Source: Octopus vulgaris
Taxonomy: Eukaryota
Direction of reading: 5' to 3'
Assembly (NCBI GenBank): GCA_951406725.2
Contig: OX597814.1
Coordinates: 18,228,001-18,292,000, forward strand
Length of the DNA stretch: 64,000 nucleotides
Made by a program: the position numbers and the translations under genes
Shown: positions 42,425 through 55,245 of the stretch, piece after piece
Layout: each line of letters opens with the position of its first letter
Numbering within the stretch: position 1 is the first letter of the stretch
The notes under the pieces: model-generated
Told to the model about the DNA's origin: nothing
Databases searched by the model: none
What the model saw: the letters and a program-made list of their open reading frames with translations, nothing else

Positions 42425-42640
42425 CTTTATTTAAAGCAGCAGAAAATTCAACAAAATCTGTTTCTTGTTGCCGTTCATCAGACAGATTTTCTAACAAAAA
42501 CTGTCTGATGAACGGCAACGAGAAACTCAGAGTAACAGATTTTGTTGAATTTTCTGCTGCTTTAAATAAAGCATATTGCTCTACCACTGGTATTTGAGTA
42601 CCTTTTTTTCCACCTTGTTTCACATTTATGTATTTACTCC

Positions 42641-42643
<3 letters not shown>
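42425..42643 (+). mobile_element. Penelope pLTR-like element with inverted partial copy and hammerhead (42501-42538)
   Basis: Inverted arms 42425-42485 / 42501-42571. Hammerhead CTGT-CTGATGA-a-CG-gcaa-CG-a-GAAA-CTC-a-GAG-TA-ACAG, then AATAAA. Confidence 0.78.
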
Positions 42644-42678
<35 letters not shown>

Positions 42679-43377
42679 TATACATGTATGTATATGAATG
42701 TGTACAATTGTGTATTTCTTTTGTGGGTGTGTTTACATATATGGATGCTTGCATGCCCTGACACATCTTTACAAATACATGTAGAGAACGTGTATTTTGT
42801 ATATATTTAATCTGTGTAGTGGCAGTCAATCTTCTGACCGAGCAAATAAAACTACCTTTGCAACAATTTTTTATAATTTGCTGAAACTATTGTTCGGTTG
42901 CAACTCAGACTGTGCCACCGCTTGGTAACTGGTTGGACTTTTAATTCATAATACATGGAGCTAAAACTCATTCAAAAAGTCATCTAGTTTAACATACAAA
43001 CCAGGCTAGAAAAATTACCTATTTGGACAGTACAATTGTATCAGATATTTAATATTGGTCTAGGTTGGATTTGAACTCGGACTGCAGTGAGTAGCAGTAA
43101 ATATCGCGATACCTCCTACCCAATGTTTTGACAACGTTCTAACAATTCGCTTCCATAAACATGCGTCTCTTTTGACAAATGTGTGTTGGCGTGCATGTGT
43201 GTGTTGTGTGTTTGAGTATGTATGTGCGTGTATGTTTGTGTGTGTGCGTGTGTGTATTTATGTACCTATACATATCTATATACGCTTGTGAATATAAGTA
43301 TATAAACACGCATGCATGTATCTATATGTTTATGTATTCATATGTAATATATATATATATAATCTATGTATAAATAT

Positions 43378-43413
<36 letters not shown>

Positions 43414-43532
43414 TTCCATATATATATGCACCTATGCAAATATATATGTGTGAGTGTGTGTGCTGCTTTTAGATGTATATAATGCAATTATATATGTATA
43501 TATATGTATATATATATATATATACATAATAC

Positions 43533-43578
<46 letters not shown>

Positions 43579-44527
43579 TCATACTTGTGAGTGCTTGTGC
43601 CACTGTGCAAGTGTGTCTGTTCATTAGCAAAGACATTATATGCATGCATGTACAAATATATATGCCGTATTGTTATATTTTGTTTGTAAAATGTGTTCAA
43701 GGGATTTCTGTATATCACAAATGTGTTCTGTACAATTTTTTTCCCATCTACTATTGTTTCGCTTTATTTGATGTCGTGTATAGCTGTTCTTGTTGCTTGA
43801 AAGTGCGGAATTCTTCTGCAAAAAAAAAAAAAAAAGAAATAATAAAATAAAATAAAGTAAACAATTAATCATGGAACCAAACACATATCACAGTTTGCGA
43901 AACGTTAAAATAAACAAATATCACAGAGTAGTCATACATAAAAGGTTCGCATAGCTGATGAGTAAGGAATATAACAAAAGAATTTTTATAGCTGAAGTTG
44001 ATATGTGCACCAATCACTGTAGCTCAGCGTAGTAGAATGAGTGAGCTACCTATACCAGCATCACTTCAAGGAGGGGATCCTCACTGAAGCGCTGTTACCT
44101 GCCATATCCTGCACGTTTAAAACCTCCTTCCTTTCCCTTCATTCGACCACCAGCCATTTTTGACAAGAGTGGGACTTTTCTCTATTACTTAAGTTTCTTT
44201 GCTTTGGGATTTGGTTTGCAAGATTTTTATGTGAGTTCGTGTGTTGAAGCATATTCTGTTGTGTCTGGGGAGAGTCATTTTCTTTTTGTGCCTTATAATT
44301 TAATACACTCACCGGTAAAATTTCCTAAAATTTTCGTTGCGTTAGGCAACCATCTTAATAGTCTTCCATCTCTATAATTTCCTGTATTCTTTAACAGAAT
44401 TACAGCTTGAAACGTCAAAGCTTATTCTATTTTCTGATTTCGCTTTCAGCATCATACTAATAGTTACACCCCATTCTTACTTTCATTTCCATGTTATTCT
44501 CAATACTGAGAATCATATTTAATGTGG

Positions 44528-44911
44528 TGGAAGCACTCCGTCGGTTACGACGATGAGGGCTCCGGTTGATCCGAATCAACGGAACAGCCTGCCCGTGAAA
44601 GTAACGTGTAAGTGGCTGAGCACGCCGCAGACACGTGCACCCTTAACGTAGTTCTCGGGGATATTCAGCGTGACACAGAGAGTGACAAAGCCGGCCCCTT
44701 GAAATACAGGTACAACAGAAACAGGAAGTAAGAGTGAGAGAAAGTTGTGGTGAAAGAGTACAGCAGGGATCACCACCATCCCCTGCCGGAGCCTCGTGGA
44801 GCTTTTAGGTGTTTTCGCTCAATAAACACTCACAACGCCCGGTCTGGGAATCGAAACCGCGATCCTATGACCGCGAGTCCGCTGCCCTAACCACTGGGCC
44901 ATTGCGCCTCC
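44528..44911 (-). mobile_element. SINE family A, full length
   Basis: Reverse complement of family A. Confidence 0.93.
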
Positions 44912-44984
44912 ACATCATATTTAATACACAAACGCACGCGTACTTGTATAAAAACACACACACGTGAGCATATACATATATCCT

Positions 44985-45019
<35 letters not shown>

Positions 45020-45143
45020 GTGTGTGTGTAAATATATATACATGTGTATATGTATAAATAAATATCTATTTCCATCTATCTAGCAACATATCTATCTATA
45101 CATATATACATATGTATATGTGTATTGTTTGTGTGTATGTTTG

Positions 45144-45200
<57 letters not shown>

Positions 45201-45201
<1 letters not shown>

Positions 45202-45401
45202 GAGGCGCGTGGCTTAGTGGTTAGGGTGTCAGCACCATGATCATAAGATTGCGGTTTCGATTCCTGGACCAGGCGACCCGTTGTGTTCTTGAGCAAAACA
45301 CTTCATTTCACGTTGCTCCAGTCCACTCAGCTGGCAAAAATGAGTAACGCTGCGATGGACTGTCGTCCCCTCCAGCTGGGGAACACATACGCCATAGAAA
45401 C
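45201..45401 (+). mobile_element. SINE family D, 3'-truncated
   Basis: ggaggcgcgtggcttagtggttagggtgtcagc...gctgcgatggactg...gccatagaaac. Confidence 0.88.
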
Positions 45402-45435
<34 letters not shown>

Positions 45436-46542
45436 ATATATACGTGTATACATAAATATCTTTATATATGCATATAAGTACATATATACCTACCTATAGA
45501 TATATGATATCACAAAAAAAAAATAAAAGTTAACTCCAAACCCACTAAAGCATTATACTTAATGCCTGACAAAAGGTGGTAAGTACGTAGCGTATATAGC
45601 CGTATCACGATTATGGTGTAGACCACCTTAATTCTATTCAGCAGCTCTTAATGAGTTGGGTTGAACTCAACTTCCCTAATCAATCTTATTAGAAAAATTG
45701 TTGAAAATATGTGCTGATATTCAAACGGTAAAAATCTAAACAACAAATTACAAGTGGGGCTGATTAAATTCTTCTTTAGGTTCTAATTGCTAACAGGTCA
45801 CTCTTTTAATTTGCTATATAGACCCGACACCATTGGGCATTCAAAGCCAGTGAACAGCAATGACGATACCGGTTTGACTTTGAATGTCTTTAACAATTAA
45901 CAAAATAATGAATTTAATTCCTCTTCATTCTATCTCAGTTCATCTAATTGTAATTATTTATCGCTACTTTTCATTAAAAAGATTTTAATTTTTTGATATT
46001 CAATGTGCATTTTCGCTTTTTGCTTCTTACATTCCCCATATATAATTATATTTATAGTATTTATAGTATTTATTCGATACTATATTACTACGAATTGATT
46101 ATTTCTATAAGTATTTTACATAAGATTTCCGAAAGCTCGTTTAAGTTTGTTTATTTGTATTTTGAAATTAGCTATTTCATCTTTAAATATGAAAAATTAA
46201 TTTATTAGGTTTTTATTATATGTGCATATATATTTATTTATAGAGATTATTTTAGATCTTAATTATAATATTTATATACATTTATATATTTTCATTGATA
46301 ATTTATATATAATAGTCATTTTTAAATATTTATGTAATTAGATATAGATTATTACCGATATTAGATTATTGGTGGGTTTCCTACCTTATAAATTAAAATT
46401 AATATTTAACATTATAGTCGATTTTGATATAATCATAATTGTTAAGTTTATGTTTCTAGTTTGATAATAGAGTTTATTATAAGTAAAATTATTATATTAT
46501 TTATATCTTAAAAATATTGTTTAAATATTTTCTGATTATTTT

Positions 46543-46640
46543 TTAACCTGAAGATTGACTGTAACCATAACTCGAATTATTAATTGAATTTAAATTATTG
46601 TTATTCGAATTGGTACAGCCATGAAACGATCGTAGTGTTT
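46543..46640 (+). ncRNA. Hammerhead motif with long stem II, in an AT-rich pLTR-like region
   Basis: CTGAAGA-t-tgactgtaacca...tcgaat...attcga..tggtacagcca-t-GAAA-CGATCG-TA; helix I weak. Confidence 0.55.
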
Positions 46641-46869
46641 TACTCTTTATCTTTTATTAAACTTTTAATACTTTTGATATATATTTAAAATAATATAAAT
46701 TAAATTAATTTTATGTATTGGCTTATGTTTTTCATTGTTTGATTTGCCTAATAGTGGTTTTATCTCTAATGTAATATAATATAATATAATATATTTATAC
46801 TATAAAATTGGATTTAATCCTAAATCTGATTTTTCCCTGTAAGTTTGGATTTATTCCCTAATATTTTAT

Positions 46870-46900
<31 letters not shown>

Positions 46901-46962
46901 ATGTATATACATCTTTATACATGTATATATATATATATATTATATATATTTATATACACATG

Positions 46963-46994
<32 letters not shown>

Positions 46995-47546
46995 CTATGT
47001 ATAACGTGCAAAAATGTGTGGGCATGTATTTTTAGTTATTTATGCATGTATAGATATGCTTCTATATATGTGTATGTGTGTGGTCTTTTTGTATGAGCGT
47101 TTGGTACGTTACGTTTAATAATATGTTTCAAAGTAGCTGCCATATTGCGATCCCATACCTAATCTGAGCGAGGAAATGTCTGTCAGAATATATACTGTAA
47201 AAGAAAAAGACAAAAAAAATTTCCAAAGCTGATTACAGATGTTGCCTGTCGTTTCGTTGGCGGCAGAAACGCAAAACTAGAAATATCAGACAATTCTGTA
47301 TTTGGCTGGCTGACATGAACAATATAGGGAGACCAGTTCAAAAATGACAAGCTATTTTGAACCAGGTGCTTGCTCATTATTTTCTTACGTGTTTCTGTAC
47401 ATATATACATACCTAATTCACTAATATACATCATTTCGTTATTTTGATATGCACACACAAGCACAAACATATTCATACAGACTACAAGCCTATAAACATA
47501 CCATGCATACATACATCCATTCACACATATATGTATGTATATATAC

Positions 47547-47606
<60 letters not shown>

Positions 47607-47938
47607 ATATATATATGTATATATATATATGTATATATGTATATACATACATACATATATATATATACATATATATACATATTTTCACGCACGCACACAA
47701 ACACATACAGGTATAGATATATACACACACATGACGGTTTCGATGGTAGCTGCGTAACTCAGAAACTGAGTGCGCAATCTTGCGATCCAGGTTCAATTCC
47801 TCAGCGCAGGACCTCATGCTGATGTTTGTTACCAAATACTGGGTTTGATGAATCACTTGCGAATGAAATATGAAATTTCGCAAACAGAAACTGAACAGTT
47901 CATCAATACATATGTAAGTTTGTGAGTGTGTGTGTGTG

Positions 47939-48007
<69 letters not shown>

Positions 48008-48089
48008 CTGCGCGCGTGTTTCAGTGTGTGTGTGTTTGCGCGTGTCTGTTGTGTAGTTGTGTGTGTTCTCATGTATATCTACTTTCCAC

Positions 48090-48560
48090 AACCCTAGATT
48101 GGTAGTTGCGAGTGGATCATGTGGAGTGGTAAAAGTTCCCGGATATGCCTTTTTACTTTAACACACCAGCCATTCATAGTGATGTTCTCAAATTCCACCA
48201 ACCAGGTGATTATGTGGGAACGTTTCGCGCCCTGTGATGAACACATCGTGGAAGTTCATGAGAAGATGTTTACTAAATACCAGGAGCTGGTAGAGCAATG
48301 CAAAAGTCCGGCCTACCAGGCACGTTAAGAGGCAATAAAAGTGGGATGTGGACTAGGATAATTGTCAGGAGGGGGTCGTTCTGAAAAGCTATGATTTAGC
48401 TATGAGTTACTGGCGCAGCAAAGCAGAAGGCTATAATTTCCATCAGAGAAGCTGCAGAGAAAGCTGCCAGGTAGCTTTGGATTAAAAGGGTAAATCAATG
48501 ATTTGCTGTAACTGGGGTGCAAGCTAGGATCTGCTTAACCCATGCTTGTGCAGCAGCTAG
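48090..48560 (+). mobile_element. Decayed restriction-like endonuclease 3' end of a HERO/NeSL-like non-LTR element
   Basis: QPFIVMFSNSTNQVIMWERFAPCDEHIVEVHEKMFTKYQELVEQC...AIKVGC...IREAAEKAAR*LWIKR matches the RPDIV..ELTVPWEE..KYQEL..EVGCRGF..AEKASRWLW pattern. Confidence 0.75.
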
Positions 48561-48639
48561 TATAACTGCGAAGAATGAGAAAAAACATGCACCTCCCCCC
48601 CACACACACAAGACAACTAGAAATAATATATCCAGGATG

Positions 48640-49525
48640 GCTGCCGATGCCACAAAGCTGACGATCGCACCAATTATTCTGATAAATATAAGTGGCGGAA
48701 CAGAAAGAAGCCACTGTGGATTTGCGTTGCACGGTATTGAAGGTGTCACACTATATCCCATTCAAGCTCGGTCTGTGACACACTGATAGCGAATTTAAAG
48801 CAACTGATGTGATAATATGCACATTATATCACCTCAAATCAGGATGGTAAATTTGATGAAAACATTGCAATGATAAAAATACTAACAAATGTATGCATTA
48901 ATGTAGTTCTGAATGGGTGACTTAAGCTACCCCAACTTCAGATGGCAAGAAGGCGATAGAATATGAGTAATGGCATGCAAAGAGTGCAGTCAAACCGAAT
49001 TTCACAAAAATGCTGTGCCTGGTGCAAACTACAATGTCTCCAAACAGAAATAACAACATGTTAGACCGCTGCTTCACGAATAATGTGAAACCTATCCACA
49101 TTTTGAAGATATCACTGACAATCCTCTCAGATCACAAGATGATAGAACTAATGACGTATGGGTCAAAATTAATGATGTATTCCACACAGATAGCTGCCAT
49201 ACTCTATGCAAGTATGACTGGAAGTATTCAAGACAATAATGCAAGCTATATGCATTCAATTTGTCCCAGAGAACAGAGCCATCAAACACGAAACCATCAT
49301 TCCCCGAGACCTCATGAGATCAATAAAGATCTTTAACTAATTAAATACACAACTTATGCGTAGGAGTGGCTGTGTGGTAAGTAGCTTGCTTACGAACCAC
49401 ATGGTTCCGGGTTCAGTCCCACTGCGTGGCACCTTGGGCAAGTGCCTTGTGAGTGGATTTGGTAGACGGAAACCGAAGCCTTGTGAGTAGATTTGGTAGA
49501 CGGAAACTGAAAGAAGCCCGTCGTA

Positions 49526-49574
<49 letters not shown>

Positions 49575-51715
49575 TGTATGTTTGTGTGTTGTGTTTGTCC
49601 CCCCCCCCCAACATCGCTTGACAACCGATGCTGGTGTGTTTATGTCCCCGTAACTTAGCGGCTCGGCAAAAGAGAACGATAGAATAAGTACTAGGCTTAC
49701 AGAGAATAAGTCCTGGGGTCGGTTTGTTCGACTAAAGGCGATGCTCCAGCATGGCCACAGTCAGAAGACTGAAACAATTAAAAGAGTAAAAAGTAAAGAG
49801 TAACTTAATGACAGTAAGACATCCCTCTTCGAAAAGACATCCTTCTTAGAGAGTGAAAATAAACTCAAGACTCTCCAATGAAAAGGAAGAGATAGAAAGA
49901 GTAACCAAGCAAGTGGAAAACATAAAAATGAATCTAAAGCCTTCTACAAGTTTGCAAAAATATCTGCATGGATGCAGTATACGATAGGGTCACTATTTGT
50001 TGAAGACAAATTACAGATCACAGGAGGATAAGTGTAGTACTAAATAAATAATTACAAAGTGTCTTCACCTCTCCTGTGGGAAATATGCAAATAAATAAGT
50101 TCGAGGTTTTCTACTCAGCAAGATCTACATGCGAAAGAGACAACCATGGATTACATCGCCATAAAAGAGGAAGATGTAACATCGACCATTGACGACCTGA
50201 ACTTAAATTCAGCAAACGGGTCCCAATGGATTTCCGGCTGTTACTTTAAAGACATTCTAGAAAGCCCTCCCAAAAAGCTGCACCCACTTTTTCAGAGCTT
50301 CCTTGCATTTGGTAAATTCTTAAAAGAAGGTGGAATTTGACATGCCCATGAAGAAGGAATCAGAACTTATGCTAAAAATTGCAGGCCTACCTCCTTGACA
50401 TCATATGTTATGTTAGCAAGACCATAGAACGCATCGTCGATCATGTTCCTGCAAGAAAATAACTTGCTCAGGATTACACAGTTTTCTTTCCGTCCAGGGA
50501 GAAGCTACTTTACACAGCTACTACAGCTGGGTACTCAAACAACACTCAAATGTGGATGCGATATTTCTCGACTTTGCCAAGGCCTTTGGCTAATCGTGGA
50601 CTTGGTAACACTAGAAAACTAGGCAAGCGGTTGCATGACTTTTTAAAATACAGAAGTCAGGTAGATGCAGACACTGGAGGTCTGCCCGGGGAAGCAGCAA
50701 TTCGCAGTAGAAACGCTCGATAAACCGAAATAGTACCGCCACTGCTTGTGGTGGCACTCTCTCAAACATGCCCTAATCCATGTAGTCAGCTACTCCCATC
50801 AGCTGTTTATCACAGGCGGTCAAGGACCCTGATGACATACTAAAACTGCAAAACAACTTGAATGCAATATATAAATAGGCTAATGAAAATAACATGTTGA
50901 ATGCTGAGAAGTTTCGAGCACTCCACTATCAGTCCTCAAACAGACAACAATCGGAATACAAAGGACGAGGAGACAGTACATTGTCAGAGACAAAGTCGGT
51001 GACCTGGGGAACCACATGATTAATGATGCAACAATACATGTGCATATCGTCAAGATGGTAACACTGCGCAAGCGAGTAGTTGGATGGATTCTGAGATCAT
51101 TCAGTACCAGAAAGAAAGATAGTATACTACACTTATAGTGAAATTCGGTCTGTATTAATACTCTGGAGTGTGGTTACCGCAGAGCGTCACACTGGTGACA
51201 TAACTAGAAGCAGTCTAGCGCCACTACACAAAGACGATTGACACGGTGAAACAGATGAGCTACTGGAAGAGATTAAAAGAACTAAAGCTCTACTCCATAG
51301 AAAGAAGGCGTGAAAGATATGCAATGTTATACATACAGAAGATCCTGGACGGTCTAACACTTGAATTTAGACTTGACAGCTATACTACGCGCCAGAGTGG
51401 AGGCACTGCATAATACCAAAGGGGTCCCGCCCTTTCCATCTCAGATACGGCCTCAGAACTGTTACAGCTTAAATTTCAGGGGCCACGACGATTCAACATT
51501 TTGAGAAACAACCTTAGAGATTTACCATGTGTAGATAAAGAGGACTTATAGTTTTGTATCTGAGATATCATATGAACCCACATCGCCAAAGAAGAAAAAA
51601 GAGAATAGCAGTTCCGTCCAACTAGCTACTTCACCAGAAACGGTACAGAAAAGAGGCGCAAACATATTTAAATGTGCAGCACCAGCATGACCTCAGCCGC
51701 TTGCTCAAAACTACT
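48640..51715 (+). mobile_element. Decayed CR1-group LINE ORF2 (APE + RT), interrupted by SINE B
   Basis: APE remnants RSHCGFAL, GDLSYPNFRW, NMLDRCFTNN, SDHKMIE. RT remnants NCRPTSLTS, QFSFRPGRS, VDAIFLDFAKAF, YWKRLKELKLYSIERRRERY. 3' end gcaccagcatgacctcagcc. Many stops and frameshifts. Confidence 0.88.
49357..49801 (+). mobile_element. SINE family B with internal deletion and duplication
   Basis: gccttgtgagt(g/a)gatttggtagacggaaac occurs twice at 49443-49507, replacing the tcttct...gaccaa segment. Confidence 0.9.
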
Positions 51716-52012
51716 AAAAATGTAGATAAAGGCATGTCCATACACACACACGCACATGCACATACACTCATTCACACACACATACATACATTACATATAC
51801 ACACACACATATGTATATATAAGCAACGCAATGTATAGGAACACACATATTTTCATATAGTTATATAGTTTTATATACATGTATATATGTATATATAGGC
51901 AAACGCCTATACATATTTCTAGTATGTATGTATAAGGGACATACATACATTCATACGTAGGCGTGTGTGTGTGTATGTGTGTTTGTGTTTGTAATTGTGT
52001 GTATTAATGTGG

Positions 52013-52084
<72 letters not shown>

Positions 52085-52089
52085 CATAC

Positions 52090-52134
<45 letters not shown>

Positions 52135-52225
52135 ATATAGCTGTACATCTAATACCTGTATGTCCTATGTCACACGTCAGTAAATACTCTCGTGAGCTCA
52201 TAATAAATTTATGATGTATTTGCGC

Positions 52226-52257
<32 letters not shown>

Positions 52258-52323
52258 GCGTCTTTGGGTGTGAGTGTGTTTGTGTGTATCTGTGTGTGTG
52301 TGTGTTTGTGCATTTGTGTGTGA

Positions 52324-52360
<37 letters not shown>

Positions 52361-52651
52361 GTGTGTCAATGTCCGTATATACGTGTGTACTTGTGTGACG
52401 GTCTTTAATTGCTCGGATATGTAATTGTTTGTTTTCGTGTGCATTTCTCTATGTGTATGTGCGTTAGATAATCTACAAAAACCAATAAAAATATAGTGGA
52501 AACTGGAGATGACAGTGTCTTGTCAAGAACTATCTAGCGTTCTAGTTTCAACTGGCAACAAACACCTGCCTAAGTAACTGAAACAATAATGGAATTTAGT
52601 ACCGTCTTAAGCATGCTAAATATTGGTGGAATATAATGTTCTTGGAAGTGT

Positions 52652-52682
<31 letters not shown>

Positions 52683-52714
52683 GTGTATGTACGAACGTAT
52701 ACGTGGTGTATCTG

Positions 52715-52746
<32 letters not shown>

Positions 52747-52964
52747 TATATTCATATAAATATATGCATACACTCGCATCATGTAAACATATATTATTTT
52801 TTTCCTACTTTGATATAGATGCATGTGTGTATGTAAATATGTGCATATGTATATGTGATGTATGTTTTCATATATGTATTCAGAGAAAAGTAATCGCAAA
52901 ATACTATTCTGCTAACAAGGTTTGTGGTTGTTCACCAGTCAAGATTTTACTTGACGGCTTTTGT

Positions 52965-53057
<93 letters not shown>

Positions 53058-53232
53058 CATCTATCTATCTATCTATCTATCTATTTCTATTCGTCTCCCA
53101 GCGTATATATACATTAACATGTTCATACATATGTATACATATATGTGTGTGTGTTTCTGTATCTATGTATGTATATATATAGCCGCAGCTCTGAGCTGAA
53201 ACTAGAAAAAAAAAAAATATATATATATTATA

Positions 53233-53307
<75 letters not shown>

Positions 53308-53858
53308 TGTACATTTAAACGCATAAGAAGCATCCATCATAGGACTTCTTGCCCGCTAGAGAGAACAGTTAAATTCCAAACCACTATTAGGAATAAAATT
53401 TCGAAGGGAACGAAAATTAAAAACATTTACCATCTGACTCTTGGACCAATAGTTTCAGACTTTTTTTTAGCAAATAAAATAATTTGCTATGCGATGTCTT
53501 CTTCAGCAGATACACCATAGATTAAATATATATACACGAGGCAATCCAGTATATGCCCCGTGCTTAGACATTCTAATTTTTCAAATCTACCGCGCAAGCG
53601 CAGCTTCTTGTCGGCAGTAAATAAAAATGCCGGCTTTTCAATTCAAAAATTACCCAGAAAAATTTATCAATTATTAATAATATCAAAGCATAATCAGGTA
53701 TATTAGAAATTTCTATTACTAGTGACCCAGCGTGTAAATATTTAGTCAATAGACTATATATATATTATTGATAAAAACGGTAAAATAACAAAAGAAAGAA
53801 AGAGACCTCGATATTATGTAAATAGGGGAATTTTTTCATAGCGTTTTTCCGAGGGCCG

Positions 53859-53919
53859 GATAACTGAAGAGATGGCGGCGTGGATTTCCACCTCGGAATC
53901 CGAAACTCGGTGTTTTATC
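53859..53919 (+). ncRNA. Degenerate or atypical hammerhead motif
   Basis: GATAA-CTGAAGA-(gatggcggcgt)-GGATT-tccacctcgg-AATCC-GAAA-ctcggtg-TT-TTATC: perfect 5-bp helix I and stem II, 11 extra nt after the core. Confidence 0.5.
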
Positions 53920-53954
53920 ATGGCTATCGAATAATTGTCACATATTACATTTAC

Positions 53955-54009
<55 letters not shown>

Positions 54010-54010
<1 letters not shown>

Positions 54011-54223
54011 CTTTCAAATTGTGGCACAGGACCAGCAATTTTGGACCAGAGGATAAGTCAATTAAATTGACCCCTGTGGTCAACTGGTACTTATTTTATC
54101 AAACCTGAAAGGATGAAAGGTAAAGTAAACCCGCGTGGCATTTGAGCTCAGAACCTAAAGAGGGACAAAATGCCACTAAGCTTTTTATCTAGCGTGCTAA
54201 CGATTCTGCCAGCTCAAAGCCTT
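54010..54223 (-). mobile_element. SINE family C, short-tail variant
   Basis: Minus strand aaggctttgagctggcagaatcgttagcacg...cctttcatcctttcagg...ggtcctgtgccacaatttgaaa. Confidence 0.8.
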
Positions 54224-54630
54224 AACTGTGATATATATTGAAATGAGTAGAGTGGCTTATGGTTATTGTTACGTTGATAACTGTGATGATATATTTATAG
54301 AGATAACACAAACACTAATATTCCCATGATAGTTCAATATATCACGTTGCTTTGAATTCACGACGATTCAGTATGAGTGCCGATGACTGCAACGCCCTGA
54401 CTTGAGAATATCACACAGTTCGACTCCTAATTCCAGTCCTCTAGTTGATTATACGGTTGTCAAAAAGTTTATCATTTGTTGTTCTTTTGTTATGTGTCGA
54501 AAACCTTCACAAAACCCTGCTATGTCTTATCTATATTTGCTTGATTGAGTAGTTGCTTCGACATCACTACGATTCGGCAGCCATGTGAGGAAGCAAGTGT
54601 TTGAGTAGAAGCAATATTGAGTATTATTTA

Positions 54631-55245
54631 AAGCGGCGAGCTGGCAGAAACGTTAGCGCGTCGAGCGAAATGCTTAACTGTATTTCATCTGCCGTCGCGT
54701 TCTGGATTCAAATTCCGCCGAGGTCGACTTTGCCTTTCATCCTTTCGGGGTCGATAAATTAAGTACCAGTTATGCACTGGGGTCGATGTAATCAACTTAA
54801 TCTGTGTTCCTGTCCTTGTTTGTCCTCTCTATGTTTAGCCCCTTGTGGGCAATAAAGAAATAAGAAACGTTCGCACGCCGAGCGAAATGCTTAGTGGTAT
54901 TTTGTCTGCCGCTACGTTCTGAGTTCAAATTCCGCCGAGGTCGACTTTGCTTTTCATCCTTTCGGAGTCGATTAAATAAGTACCAGTTACGCACTGGGGT
55001 CGATATAATCGATTTTAATCCGTTTGTCTGTCCTTGCTTGTCCCCTCTGTGTTTAGCCGCTTGTGGTTAGTAAAGAAATAGGTATTTCATCTGCCGCTAC
55101 GTTCTGAACTCAAATTCCGCCGAGATCGATTTTGCCTTTCATCCTTTCGGTGTCTATTAATTAAGTACCAGTCACGCACTGAGGTCGATCTAATCGACTG
55201 GCCCTCTCTCCCAAAATGTCGGCCCTTGTGCCTAGAGTAGAAAAG
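54631..55245 (+). mobile_element. SINE family C trimer with 18-bp TSD
   Basis: Units at 54631, ~54864 and 55081. TSD aatattgagtattattta at 54613-54630 and 55246-55263. The last unit carries the alternative tail ggcccttgtgcctagagtagaaaag. Confidence 0.92.

Noticed and set aside
43955-43990. CTGATGA at 43955 and at 50830 as hammerhead cores
   Set aside because: No properly placed stem II, GAAA and NUH; the second lies in CR1 coding remnants.
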